Under the pieces are notes generated by a model. That model was given only the letters and a program-made list of their open reading frames with translations. It made no database searches and was not told the origin of the DNA. A program made the position numbers and the translations under genes. Positions 45,109 through 54,674 of a DNA stretch of 64,000 nt are shown piece after piece. Numbering within the stretch: position 1 is the stretch's first letter; each line of letters begins with the position of its first letter. The stretch lies in assembly GCA_031400775.1 (NCBI GenBank), contig JANNQN010000055.1, positions 9,056 through 73,055 of the forward strand, read 5' to 3'. Source of the DNA: Planctomycetia bacterium. GTDB lineage: Bacteria; Planctomycetota; Planctomycetia; Pirellulales; PALSA-1355.

Positions 45109-46563
45109 ATGAGGCCTGTTATGCGGCGCGGCCCCCTGCAAATCAACAATCCGCTCGATCGCCGCGGGTTCTTGCAACATGCCGGCGGCGGACTGGGCGC
45201 GATCGCTTTGGCCTCGCTATTGCAAAGTGATGGCCTGCTGCACGCCGCTGCCCATGCGAATCCGCCGCGCCCCTTGGCGCCTCAGCCGTCGCATCGCGTG
45301 GCGCGGGCTCGCCGCGTGATCTACCTGTTCATGCATGGCGGACCCAGCCACGTTGATCTGTTCGATCCCAAGCCCGAGCTGGTGCGCCATGCCGGTGAGC
45401 CCCTGCCGGATAGTGTTGGCGCGGTGATGACTCGCCGCAAGGTGGCGCACAATCCGCTCTTGGCTCCGGTGATGCCTTTTCGGCCGCGGGGCAACTCGGG
45501 ACTCGAGATCAGCGACTTTCTGCCGCATCTCGCCGAGCTGGCCGACGAGCTGTGCGTGCTCCGCGGCTGTCACGGCGACAGCGTGAACCATCCGCAGTCC
45601 GTGTATCAGATGAACACGGGCAGCATACTCATGGGCCGGCCCAGCTTGGGGAGTTGGGTGAGTTACGGACTGGGAACCCAGAATGACAGTTTGCCGGCAT
45701 TTGTCGTGCTGCCCGACCCGGGTGGCGGGCTCAAAGGAGGGCCCTCGGCCTGGGGCAATGGCTATCTGCCCGCCACGTTCCAGGGCACGACATTCCGCTC
45801 GGGAGCGGCGCCGGTCGTGGATCTTGCGCCGCAGAGCGCCATCGGCGCCGGCCAACAAGCCGGCATGCTCGACTATCTGCGCTCGATGAATCACCGCCAT
45901 AGCATCGAGCGCGGATCGGCCAGCCAACTGCAAGCCCGAATCGAAGCCTACGAGCTGGCATTCCGCATGCAATCGGCCGCGCCGGCGGCGGTCGACCTGT
46001 CGGACGAAACGCCCGAGACCATGGCACTGTACGGAATTGGCGAAAAGGACACCGACGAATTTGGGCGCCGCTGCCTGTTGGCTCGTCGCCTGGCCGAACG
46101 GGGCGTGCGCTTCGTGCAACTTTACTCGGGCGATACCAACGGCTGGGACGCCCACAATGACGTCGCGCAGAATCACGGCCTCTACTGCCGCCGCACCGAC
46201 AAGCCGATCGCCGGGCTGCTGACCGACCTGCGCCGCCGGGGTCTGTTGGACGATACGCTCGTGATCTGGGGCGGCGAATTTGGCCGCATGCCCATGAGCG
46301 AGCAGGGCAAAGGCCGCGATCACAATCCTTGGGGATACAGCGTGTGGTTGGCGGGGGCCAAGGTTCGCGGAGGGTTCGCGCACGGCGCGACCGATCCGTT
46401 CGGTCTGCGGGCTGCCGAAGGCAAAGTCCACGTCCACGATCTGCATGCTACGATTCTGCACCTGCTCGGCCTGGACCACGAATCGCTCACTTACCTGCAC
46501 AACGGCCGGGACGAGCGGTTGACCGACGTCGCGGGCCGCGTCGTGACGGAGGTCCTAGCATGA
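45109..46563 (+). CDS. DUF1501 domain protein (sulfatase-like fold) with a Tat signal
   Basis: 'DRRGFLQHAGGGLGAIALASLL'; 'VIYLFMHGGPSHVDLFDPKP'; 'GRDHNPWGYSVWLAG'. Start ATG 45109 or 45121. Confidence 0.9.
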   Translation: MRPVMRRGPLQINNPLDRRGFLQHAGGGLGAIALASLLQSDGLLHAAAHANPPRPLAPQPSHRVARARRVIYLFMHGGPSHVDLFDPKPELVRHAGEPLPDSVGAVMTRRKVAHNPLLAPVMPFRPRGNSGLEISDFLPHLAELADELCVLRGCHGDSVNHPQSVYQMNTGSILMGRPSLGSWVSYGLGTQNDSLPAFVVLPDPGGGLKGGPSAWGNGYLPATFQGTTFRSGAAPVVDLAPQSAIGAGQQAGMLDYLRSMNHRHSIERGSASQLQARIEAYELAFRMQSAAPAAVDLSDETPETMALYGIGEKDTDEFGRRCLLARRLAERGVRFVQLYSGDTNGWDAHNDVAQNHGLYCRRTDKPIAGLLTDLRRRGLLDDTLVIWGGEFGRMPMSEQGKGRDHNPWGYSVWLAGAKVRGGFAHGATDPFGLRAAEGKVHVHDLHATILHLLGLDHESLTYLHNGRDERLTDVAGRVVTEVLA

Positions 46564-48776
46564 GCCGCCCGCGCATACTGCTGGGTGTTATGGTGTTGGC
46601 AGTTGCGATTTTCCTGACCGCGAACCGCCCGGCTCCTGCGGCGGAACCGGCCGGCGAAGGCCCCGTCGAACGGCCGATCTCCACCGAAGAACGCGACCAC
46701 TGGTCGTACCGACCGTTGATCGCGGTCGACGTGCCGGCTGCTGGCGTCGAGGGTCGCGTCTCGCACCCGGTGGATTGTTTCTTGCGAGCGGCGATTGATA
46801 AAAAGGGCATCGAGCCCTTGCCGCGCGCCGGTCGCGCTGTGTTGTTGCGGCGGGTGACTTTCGATTTGACAGGATTGCCGCCGAAACCGGAGGAGATTCG
46901 CGAGTTCCTCGACGACGACAAACCCGATGCATACGAGGCGCTCGTCGATCGATTGTTGGCTTCTAGCGCCTACGGCGAGCGCTGGGCGCAGCACTGGCTC
47001 GACGTAGCGCGATTCGCCGAGACCGATGGCTTCGAGCACGATCTCGTGCGCCCAAATGCCTGGCGCTATCGAGATTGGGTGATCGACGCCTTGAACCGCG
47101 ATCTGCCCTTCGATGAATTCGCCCGCCAACAAATCGCCGGCGACTTGCTGTATCCCGGCGATCCGCAGGCAGCCGTGGCCACGGGCTTCCTGCTGTGTGG
47201 GCCCGACATGCCCGATTTGAATTTGCAAGAAGAGCGCCGCCACGTCGTGCTCAACGAGATGACGGCCACGGTGGGCAGCGTGTTTTTGGCCATGCAGATG
47301 GGCTGCGCCCAATGCCACGATCACAAGTACGACCCGATCCGCCAGCACGACTTCTACCGGCTCCGCGCGTTTTTCGAACCGGCCGATATCTTTCGCGATC
47401 ACCCGGTTCCCTCGGCCGCGGAACTGGCGGCGCGACAAACGGCCGAAGCCGCCGTCGATCCGGCATTTAAGCTCGCCGAAGAGCGACGACGTGAATTGGA
47501 AGCGACCGGTCGCAATCAATTTCGCGATAAGAATCCCGACGTGCAGCCCGCGATCAAAGAATTGTTGGCCGAACTATCGGCCGACGAGCGAGCCGATCAT
47601 GCGGATCTCGTCAAACGGCTCAAGTCGGCCCCCAAGTTGCCCGCGCTTCCGCTGGGGCGCGTCCTCAGCGAAGGGAAACCGCACGCGGCGCACCTTTATC
47701 TTCGTGGCGATTTCCGACAGCTCGGCCCGGGCGTGGAAGCTGGCGTGCCACGTGTGCTCCTGACAAGTTCTACGCTCACAGGTGATTCGGATGAGCCACC
47801 CCGCGCTCGACTGGCACGCTGGCTAACGAGCCCGGACAATCCGCTGACCGCGCGGGTGATCGTCAATCGCCTCTGGCAATGGCATTTCGGCGCGGCGCTA
47901 TCGACGAATCCCAGCGACTTTGGCGTGATGGGCGTGGAACCCTCGCACCCGGAGTTGCTCGATTGGCTCGCGCGACGATTCATGGCCGACGGCTGGAGCC
48001 TGAAGAAAATGCACCGGCTGCTGGTGACCTCCGAGGCTTATTGCGCGGCCAGCACCCCGCGGGATCGGGAATGGACAGCCGCGCAAACCGAAGCCGGCAA
48101 ACGCGCCTGGCAACGCTTGCAGACGATCGATCCGGCGAACAGGCTGTTGTGGCATCGGCAACCGCTGCGCCTCGACGGCGAGGCCATTCGCGACGCAATT
48201 CTGGCCGTCGGTGACCGGCTTTCTCCGCGCCGTGGGGGTCCTGGTATTCGTCCGCCGCTGCCGCCCGAAGTCACCGCGACGCTGCTCAAAGATCAATGGT
48301 CCGTCAGCGGCGACGAGGAAGACCACCGCCGCCGCGGCATTTATCTGTTTGTGCGGCGCAATCTCCGCTTTCCCATATTCGACGTCTTCGACCGGCCCGA
48401 CACCAACGCCAGTTGCGCCGTGCGACACGAATCGACCACGGCCCTGCAATCTCTGACCCTGTTGAACTCGGAATTCAGCCTGCGGGCCGCTCGGCAATTG
48501 GCCGGGGCGGTTGTGCGCTCTCACCCAGGTCATCCGCGCGCGCAAATCGAAGCCGCCTACTTGCGTGCATTCGGCCGTCCCTCCACGGCGGACGAGGTTC
48601 GCGCGGCCGAGGAATTTCTCGATTCCCAGTCGAAGCGGGTGCGAGCGCAAAGTCGCGAGGCCATTGAGCTCGCGCTGCCCGAAGGAGTTGCTTCGGACGA
48701 CCCGTCGGCGTTGGCCGCGCTGGTCGACTTGTGCCTGACGTTATTCAACGCCAACGAGTTTATTTATCTCGATTGA
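46560..48776 (+). CDS. DUF1549/DUF1553 (PSD1-type) domain protein
   Basis: The ATG at 46560 overlaps the upstream TGA (ATGA). Signal peptide 'MSRPRILLGVMVLAVAIFLTA'. 'YGERWAQHWLDVARFAETDGFEHD', 'CAQCHDHKYDP', 'LNSEFSLR', 'FNANEFIYLD'. Confidence 0.9.
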   Translation: MSRPRILLGVMVLAVAIFLTANRPAPAAEPAGEGPVERPISTEERDHWSYRPLIAVDVPAAGVEGRVSHPVDCFLRAAIDKKGIEPLPRAGRAVLLRRVTFDLTGLPPKPEEIREFLDDDKPDAYEALVDRLLASSAYGERWAQHWLDVARFAETDGFEHDLVRPNAWRYRDWVIDALNRDLPFDEFARQQIAGDLLYPGDPQAAVATGFLLCGPDMPDLNLQEERRHVVLNEMTATVGSVFLAMQMGCAQCHDHKYDPIRQHDFYRLRAFFEPADIFRDHPVPSAAELAARQTAEAAVDPAFKLAEERRRELEATGRNQFRDKNPDVQPAIKELLAELSADERADHADLVKRLKSAPKLPALPLGRVLSEGKPHAAHLYLRGDFRQLGPGVEAGVPRVLLTSSTLTGDSDEPPRARLARWLTSPDNPLTARVIVNRLWQWHFGAALSTNPSDFGVMGVEPSHPELLDWLARRFMADGWSLKKMHRLLVTSEAYCAASTPRDREWTAAQTEAGKRAWQRLQTIDPANRLLWHRQPLRLDGEAIRDAILAVGDRLSPRRGGPGIRPPLPPEVTATLLKDQWSVSGDEEDHRRRGIYLFVRRNLRFPIFDVFDRPDTNASCAVRHESTTALQSLTLLNSEFSLRAARQLAGAVVRSHPGHPRAQIEAAYLRAFGRPSTADEVRAAEEFLDSQSKRVRAQSREAIELALPEGVASDDPSALAALVDLCLTLFNANEFIYLD

Positions 48777-48785
48777 GCCGTTGGG

Positions 48786-51188
48786 TTACGACACGATTGG
48801 CTCAGGAACCAAGACTCCCTCGCACAGCAAATTCAATAATTGAACCGTTGCGGCCTTGTTCGGCATGGGATAACCGCGGCTCAAGTCTGGATCGCTATGG
48901 ATCGCCGGGCGCAGGTTCGGAAGACCGACGCAACTGGGGCACCCGTCTTCGCACTGGCATTCGGCGACCATCTGCCGGCAAATCGCCAGCACGTCCTCCA
49001 TTCGCTCGAAGCCCTTCTCGCAGTAACCCAGGCCGCCGGGATAGCGATCGTAAAGAATCACCGCGCTCTTGCCCAGATTCTTGCTGTCGACCACACCCCC
49101 CAGATCGCGACTGTCGCACATCGCCACCAAAGGCAGCGCGACCACGGCCAGATTTCGCAAGCCCACCACTCCCTCGCTCGTGCGATATCCGGCCGCTTTC
49201 ATATTCCGCGCGATAGCTTCGTCCGGAGAAAGCCACACGCCGGTAGTCGGCAGCATTTGCGCGGGAATGTCGACCGGCCCTTGACCGATATTCTCGCGTG
49301 AGTTGAATTTGATTTTCTTGAAGGCCACGGTCTGCCAGGTCACGTCCACCTCGCCATACGCCAGCAGCGATGCAGAGACGATTGGGCGCTCTTGCCGTTG
49401 GGCCTTGATGACGACGCTGCTCTCGAGAACGGCCTGCGTGTAGTAGTCCATCTCGTGCCGTTCGACGTAGGCCACCTTGCCCTCCAGGTCCAGCTCGCGC
49501 ACAAAGTACGACTCGCCGTTGTGCAGATAGACGGCCTGCGGATAGACGAGCTCCGGGGCGCTGATCGAATCGACGTTGGCGATCACTTCGTGATCGACAG
49601 TGGTCGACTTGCCGGGCCGCTTCACGCTGCGGCGCAGCACGATGCTGAACGTGTTGTCGCTCATGTGCCGCAAACTGGTCCGCGCCGCGGGGTTTTGGCC
49701 GCCGGAGAAGAAGTACTGGCCGCCGACCTCGCTCAACTGACCGCCGTCGCAGAGCACTTCGGCGATTGGCATTGCCAGGCGTCCGAAGCGCTCCACGTCG
49801 GCTTCCGCCAAAGGCAGCTCGAAGGCGGCCGATTGCAGATGATTGGCCAGCACGTAAGGGTTCTCGGGATCGACGACCGCGTGTTCCGGCGACTGCGAGA
49901 AGAAATAGTCGGGATGCCGCCACAGGTATTGATCGACCGGGTCATTGCCGGCCAGCAGGATGGCCAGGCTCTCGTCGTGCCGCCTGCCGCTGCGCCCGGC
50001 CTGCTGCCAGGTGCTGGCGATCGTGCCGGGATAACCGGCCAGCAAGGCCACGTCGAGCGAACCGATGTCCACGCCCAACTCAAGCGCATTGGTGGCGGCC
50101 ACGCCCCGCAGGGTGCCGCCGAACAATTGCGCCTCGATCTCGTGGCGTTCGAGCGGCAGGTAACCTCCGCGATAGGCGCGGACCTGGTCGGCCAGCTTCG
50201 AGTGACGTGCCTCGAGCTGTTCTTTCACATAACGGTGTACCAACTCCGCCGCTTGCCGGGTGCGGGTAAAGGTCAGTGCCTGCGCGCCGCCGAGCATGGC
50301 CTCGACCATGAGCGACACGGCGTCGTCAGTCGCGCTGCGTCGAGCCAGGCGATCGTTCGAGGCCGCCGCGGGGTTCCAGAGTGCGAAATATTTCCGCCCG
50401 CGCGGGGCGCCATCGCCGTCAACGACCGTGACGTCGCGGCCCAGCAGCTTTCCGGCCAGCTCGCCCGGATTGGCGATCGTAGCGCTGGCGGCCAACATGA
50501 CCGGCCGCGATCCATAGTGCTCGCAGACCCGCGCCAGTCGGCGCAGCACGCAAGCCACGTTCGCGCCCAGAATGCCGCGATAAGTGTGGATCTCATCGAT
50601 CACGACGTACCGCAGGTTGCTGAAGAACCGGCCCCATTTCGGATGGTACGGCAGGATCGAGGCGTGCAGCATATCGGGATTCGACAGCACCAACTGAGCC
50701 TCGGCCTGAATCCGCCGTCGCTGGGCCGTGGGCGTGTCGCCATCGAAAACACCCGCGGTGATTCCATTTTCCTGCCAACCGCCGGAGAGCAACTCGAGCA
50801 AATTCTTGTGCTGATCCTGGGCCAGGGCCTTGGTCGGAAAGAGATACAGCGCTCGCGATTCGGGATCCGCCAGCGCCGTTTCCAGAATCGGCAGGTTGTA
50901 GCACAATGTCTTGCCGCTGGCCGTGGGCGTTACCACGACCACGTCGCGCTCGGAGCGGGCCAACTCGAGCGCCGCGACCTGGTGCTCGTAGAGTTGGGAA
51001 ATCCCCCGCTGGGCCAACAGATTCTGCAACTCGGCGGGCAGTGGCCGCGCGGGCTCAGCAAAGCGGGCCGGGCGCTCGGGCAGGATCTCGACGTGCTCGA
51101 TCTGCCCGCTGTAGAAATCCGCTCGACGAATCGTATCGAGAAACGCTGCGACATCCATGGCCAAGACGCTCCGTTGGGTACTGCTCAA
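48786..51188 (-). CDS. DEAD/DEAH-box helicase with a C-terminal four-Cys DUF1998 (MrfA/YprA-like) domain
   Basis: 800 aa. Motif I 'VTPTASGKTLCYNLP'; II 'VVIDEIHTY'; VI 'QQAGRSGRR'. C-terminus 'CQCEDGCPSCVG'. Confidence 0.9.
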   Translation of the reverse strand: MSSTQRSVLAMDVAAFLDTIRRADFYSGQIEHVEILPERPARFAEPARPLPAELQNLLAQRGISQLYEHQVAALELARSERDVVVVTPTASGKTLCYNLPILETALADPESRALYLFPTKALAQDQHKNLLELLSGGWQENGITAGVFDGDTPTAQRRRIQAEAQLVLSNPDMLHASILPYHPKWGRFFSNLRYVVIDEIHTYRGILGANVACVLRRLARVCEHYGSRPVMLAASATIANPGELAGKLLGRDVTVVDGDGAPRGRKYFALWNPAAASNDRLARRSATDDAVSLMVEAMLGGAQALTFTRTRQAAELVHRYVKEQLEARHSKLADQVRAYRGGYLPLERHEIEAQLFGGTLRGVAATNALELGVDIGSLDVALLAGYPGTIASTWQQAGRSGRRHDESLAILLAGNDPVDQYLWRHPDYFFSQSPEHAVVDPENPYVLANHLQSAAFELPLAEADVERFGRLAMPIAEVLCDGGQLSEVGGQYFFSGGQNPAARTSLRHMSDNTFSIVLRRSVKRPGKSTTVDHEVIANVDSISAPELVYPQAVYLHNGESYFVRELDLEGKVAYVERHEMDYYTQAVLESSVVIKAQRQERPIVSASLLAYGEVDVTWQTVAFKKIKFNSRENIGQGPVDIPAQMLPTTGVWLSPDEAIARNMKAAGYRTSEGVVGLRNLAVVALPLVAMCDSRDLGGVVDSKNLGKSAVILYDRYPGGLGYCEKGFERMEDVLAICRQMVAECQCEDGCPSCVGLPNLRPAIHSDPDLSRGYPMPNKAATVQLLNLLCEGVLVPEPIVS

Positions 51189-51266
51189 ATGCCAGTACTA
51201 AACGGACGTATACTAAGGCCGCGCGGCGGCGAAATCAAGATCAGAGTGAGGCGACAAACACCGCGA

Positions 51267-53072
51267 TTAGAACGGCCAGACCAGCGGCGCAATCGCGACC
51301 GTGATGATCCACACCAGGATATCGAGCGGGACCCCCATTTTTAGGTAGTCGCTGAAGCGATAGCCGCCAGGACCGTAGACCATGAGGTTCGTTTGATAGC
51401 CGATCGGCGTGGCGAAACCGGCGGAGGCTGCCATCATCACGGCGATCACAAAGGGCATGTAGTTCACCTCCAACCCGGAGGCCGTATCCATGGCAAAGGG
51501 AAACATCAGCGCAGCTGCGGCATTGTTGGTGATCAGCTCCGTGGCCAGCAGGGTAACTCCGTACAACACTGCCAGCGAGATCCAGGGGTTGCCGCCGGCC
51601 AGAGCGATCATTCGATCAGCGATTTCGCGAGCTGCCCCGGTTTTTTCCAAGGCCATGCCAACGGCAAACGAGGCCGCGATCGCTAACAGAACTTCCCAGT
51701 CGATGCTCCGCCGGGCCCCTTCGGTCGAAACGCAGCGGGTAAAGATCATCGCTCCGGCGGTCACCAGTGACGCTTCGAGCATCGACACCCAATCGAAGCT
51801 CACCGCCAGGACCATGGAAATCAACAGGCCGACGGCGAGCAGGGCCCGATCGTGGCTCGGTGGATTCGAGTCTTCCAGGCGGCTGACCAGGAAGAAGTCC
51901 CGCGAGTTGCGTTGCTGGTCGGCGAACGAGGGGTGAGCTTCGACCAGCAGCGTATCCCCGGCGCGCAGCACGATATCGCCGATTTTCTTTTGCAGCCGCT
52001 CTCCGTTGCGACCCACGGCCACCACCACGGCGTTGTAAACGTTTCGGAATCGCCCGTCGCGAATCGTCTTGCCCACCAGAGGACAACTGTTCGAGACCAC
52101 CGCCTCGATCAAGCATCGTTGCGGCCGCGGCGCGCTGAGTTGCGAGATCTGGTCCGTCGCCGGAAGCAGTCCTCGAATGCGCTGCAAGTCGACGACCGAC
52201 TCGACGATGCCCACGAACAGCAAGCGGTCGCCCGCGCGCAGCACTTCTTGCGGCGAAACGGCCGGCAGGATGGCGCCCTCGCGGTCGATCTCGGCCAGGT
52301 ATGCGCCTGGCAAGTGCCGCAGACCGGCCGCCTCGATCGTCTTTCCGATCAAGGGGCTTTCGCCGGCGACCTGCATCTCGATGGTGTATTCGCGAGAATC
52401 GTCGAGCGTGCTGATCGGCGGACGTCGATCGGGCAGCAGCCAGCGGCTGGTTGCAATGATAAACAGGGCCGATGCCAGTGCGGCGGGAACCCCGACCCAA
52501 GTAATGTCGAACATCGCCAATCCGCCGGTGCCGGGCCGGGCCTTGAGCAACATGCCTTGCACAACCAGGTTCGTGCTGGTGCCGATGAGCGTGCAGGTGC
52601 CGCCCAAAATGGCCGCATAGCTGAGCGGGATCAGCAGCTTCGAAATCGGGAATCGATTTGCGCGCGCCCAATCGGTCACGGCCGGAATGAGCATCGCCAC
52701 CAGCGGCGTGTTGTTCATGAACGCGCTCAAGCCCATCGTGGGTAACATCATGCGGGCAATGGCTCGCGTGGGCGTTTTGGGGCGGCCGAACAGGCGCGAG
52801 GCGATGAAATCAACTCCGCCCGTCTCGCGCACGGCCGCGCCCACCACGAACAACACGCCCACGGTGATCATGCCTTCGTTCGACATGCCAGACAGGGCCT
52901 CGCCTGGCGTCAAGATTCCCGCCACGAGCAAAATCGTTACGGCGAAGATCAGGATCAGGTCGGGAGTCACCTGACTGACCATCAGCAGTAAGAAAATCAT
53001 CCCGACAACGCCCAGCGTAAAATGGGCCTGCGAGAGAGGGCTATGTTCCCAGGAAAGTTCGGGCCACGACAT
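51267..53072 (-). CDS. SLC13/DASS-type permease with two central TrkA-C (RCK_C) domains
   Basis: Multiple TM helices at both ends. RCK_C-like 'LIGKTIEAAGLRHLPGAYLAEIDREGAILPAVSPQEVLRAGDRLLFVG' and 'LVGKTIRDGRFRNVYNAVVVAVGRNGERL'. ATG at 53072 (TTG alternative at 53144). Confidence 0.85.
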   Translation of the reverse strand: MSWPELSWEHSPLSQAHFTLGVVGMIFLLLMVSQVTPDLILIFAVTILLVAGILTPGEALSGMSNEGMITVGVLFVVGAAVRETGGVDFIASRLFGRPKTPTRAIARMMLPTMGLSAFMNNTPLVAMLIPAVTDWARANRFPISKLLIPLSYAAILGGTCTLIGTSTNLVVQGMLLKARPGTGGLAMFDITWVGVPAALASALFIIATSRWLLPDRRPPISTLDDSREYTIEMQVAGESPLIGKTIEAAGLRHLPGAYLAEIDREGAILPAVSPQEVLRAGDRLLFVGIVESVVDLQRIRGLLPATDQISQLSAPRPQRCLIEAVVSNSCPLVGKTIRDGRFRNVYNAVVVAVGRNGERLQKKIGDIVLRAGDTLLVEAHPSFADQQRNSRDFFLVSRLEDSNPPSHDRALLAVGLLISMVLAVSFDWVSMLEASLVTAGAMIFTRCVSTEGARRSIDWEVLLAIAASFAVGMALEKTGAAREIADRMIALAGGNPWISLAVLYGVTLLATELITNNAAAALMFPFAMDTASGLEVNYMPFVIAVMMAASAGFATPIGYQTNLMVYGPGGYRFSDYLKMGVPLDILVWIITVAIAPLVWPF

Positions 53073-53276
53073 CAGATTGTTCGCGTGCGAGAAAAGGGAC
53101 CAGAAGGATTGCGGCCATGTTAACGCTCGCCCAGCAAGCTGCAAACCCCGACACAGCGGTCGGTGGCAAGAGGCGCCGGCGCAAGTCTGGTGTTTTCCGG
53201 TTCACCGGCGTGTTAGAATCACGCCCGATCGCTAGCCACCCGTTTGATCGTTTGCATGCCAGGAGATTTCCAGCCG

Positions 53277-54539
53277 ATGATTTCGCGATGCTTCTGGTCC
53301 GTGTTGGCCATGCTGGTCTTGTTGCCATCGGGCGCGAATGCCGAGAATTGGCCGGCCTGGCGCGGGCCGCGCGGCGATGGCACCAGTCAAGAACGGGATA
53401 TTCCCACTCGCTGGACGGCCGACGAGAACATTGCCTGGAAGGCAGCCGTGCCGGGCGTCGGCCATGCCTCGCCCATCGTGTGGCAAGACCGGGTGTTTAT
53501 CGTCTCCTGCTTGGACGAGACGCAGGAGCGCATCCTGCTCTCGTTCGATCGCGTCGGCGGCAAGCTGCTTTGGCAACAGGTCGTCTTGCGCTCGCCGCTG
53601 GAAGACAAGCACCAGCTCAATAGCTTTGCCTCCAGCACGCCCGCCACCGACGGCCGCTTGGTGTTTGTCACGTTTCTCGATCGCCAGGAAATGGTCGTGG
53701 CGGCCTACGATTTCACCGGAAAGCAGGTTTGGCTCGTCCGTCCGGGTGGATTCTCCAGCAAGCATGGCTACTGTAGCTGCCCGGTGTTGTTCGAGGACAA
53801 AGTGATCGTCAACGGCGACCACGACGGCGACGCTTACCTGGTCGCCTTGGAATGCTCGACCGGCAAGACCGTATGGAAGATCGACCGCGAAAACAAAACT
53901 CGCAGCTACTCGACGCCCATCATTCGCCAGATCGACGGTCGCACGCAGATGATCCTCTCAGGTAGCAAATGCGTGGCCAGCTACGACCCGCACGATGGCT
54001 CGCGGCACTGGATCGTCGACGGGCCGACCGAACAATTCGTGGCCTCGGTGGTCTACGACGGCAAGTTGCTTTTCCTGACGGCGGGATTTCCGGAATTGCA
54101 CATGATGGCCATCCGGCCCGACGGACGGGGCAACGTGACCGACACGCACATTGCCTGGCGGACCAAGCGGGCGGCGGGCTACGTTCCTTCGCCGATCGCC
54201 GAAGGAGGCTACTTCCTGGCTGTTTCCGACGGCGGCGTGGCTAGTTGCTTCGAGGCGGAAAGCGGCGAACGCCTGTGGATGGAGCGCCTGGGCACGCATT
54301 ACAGCAGTTCGCTGGTCTCGGCCGGGGGCCGGGTGTATTTCACCTCCGACGAAGGCGCCACGACGGTCGTCCGCCCGGGACCGAAGCTGAACGTCCTGTC
54401 CGAGAACAAGCTGGGCGAGTACTGCTACGCGTCGCCCGCTATCAGTCGGGGCCAGTTCTTCTTTCGCGGCGAAAAGCACTTGATCTGCATCGGCGCGCCC
54501 AAGGTGGCCGGCAGCGCGGCCGCCTCACTGAACCCGTAA
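53277..54539 (+). CDS. PQQ-like beta-propeller repeat protein (secreted)
   Basis: Signal peptide 'MISRCFWSVLAMLVLLPSGANA'. 'ENWPAWRGPRGDGTS', 'HASPIVWQDRVFI', and repeated propeller blades. Confidence 0.85.
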   Translation: MISRCFWSVLAMLVLLPSGANAENWPAWRGPRGDGTSQERDIPTRWTADENIAWKAAVPGVGHASPIVWQDRVFIVSCLDETQERILLSFDRVGGKLLWQQVVLRSPLEDKHQLNSFASSTPATDGRLVFVTFLDRQEMVVAAYDFTGKQVWLVRPGGFSSKHGYCSCPVLFEDKVIVNGDHDGDAYLVALECSTGKTVWKIDRENKTRSYSTPIIRQIDGRTQMILSGSKCVASYDPHDGSRHWIVDGPTEQFVASVVYDGKLLFLTAGFPELHMMAIRPDGRGNVTDTHIAWRTKRAAGYVPSPIAEGGYFLAVSDGGVASCFEAESGERLWMERLGTHYSSSLVSAGGRVYFTSDEGATTVVRPGPKLNVLSENKLGEYCYASPAISRGQFFFRGEKHLICIGAPKVAGSAAASLNP

Positions 54540-54674
54540 CGCGGTTGTCGGGTCCCAATTCTTGACTGCCCCTCGGTCGCCGGACCGCGGGGCTCACGCA
54601 AACCGCTCGGCATCGTTACAATTGCGGCTTCGAGCATTCGTTCCGGCCGCCGCAACCGAGACCACGCAATAATC

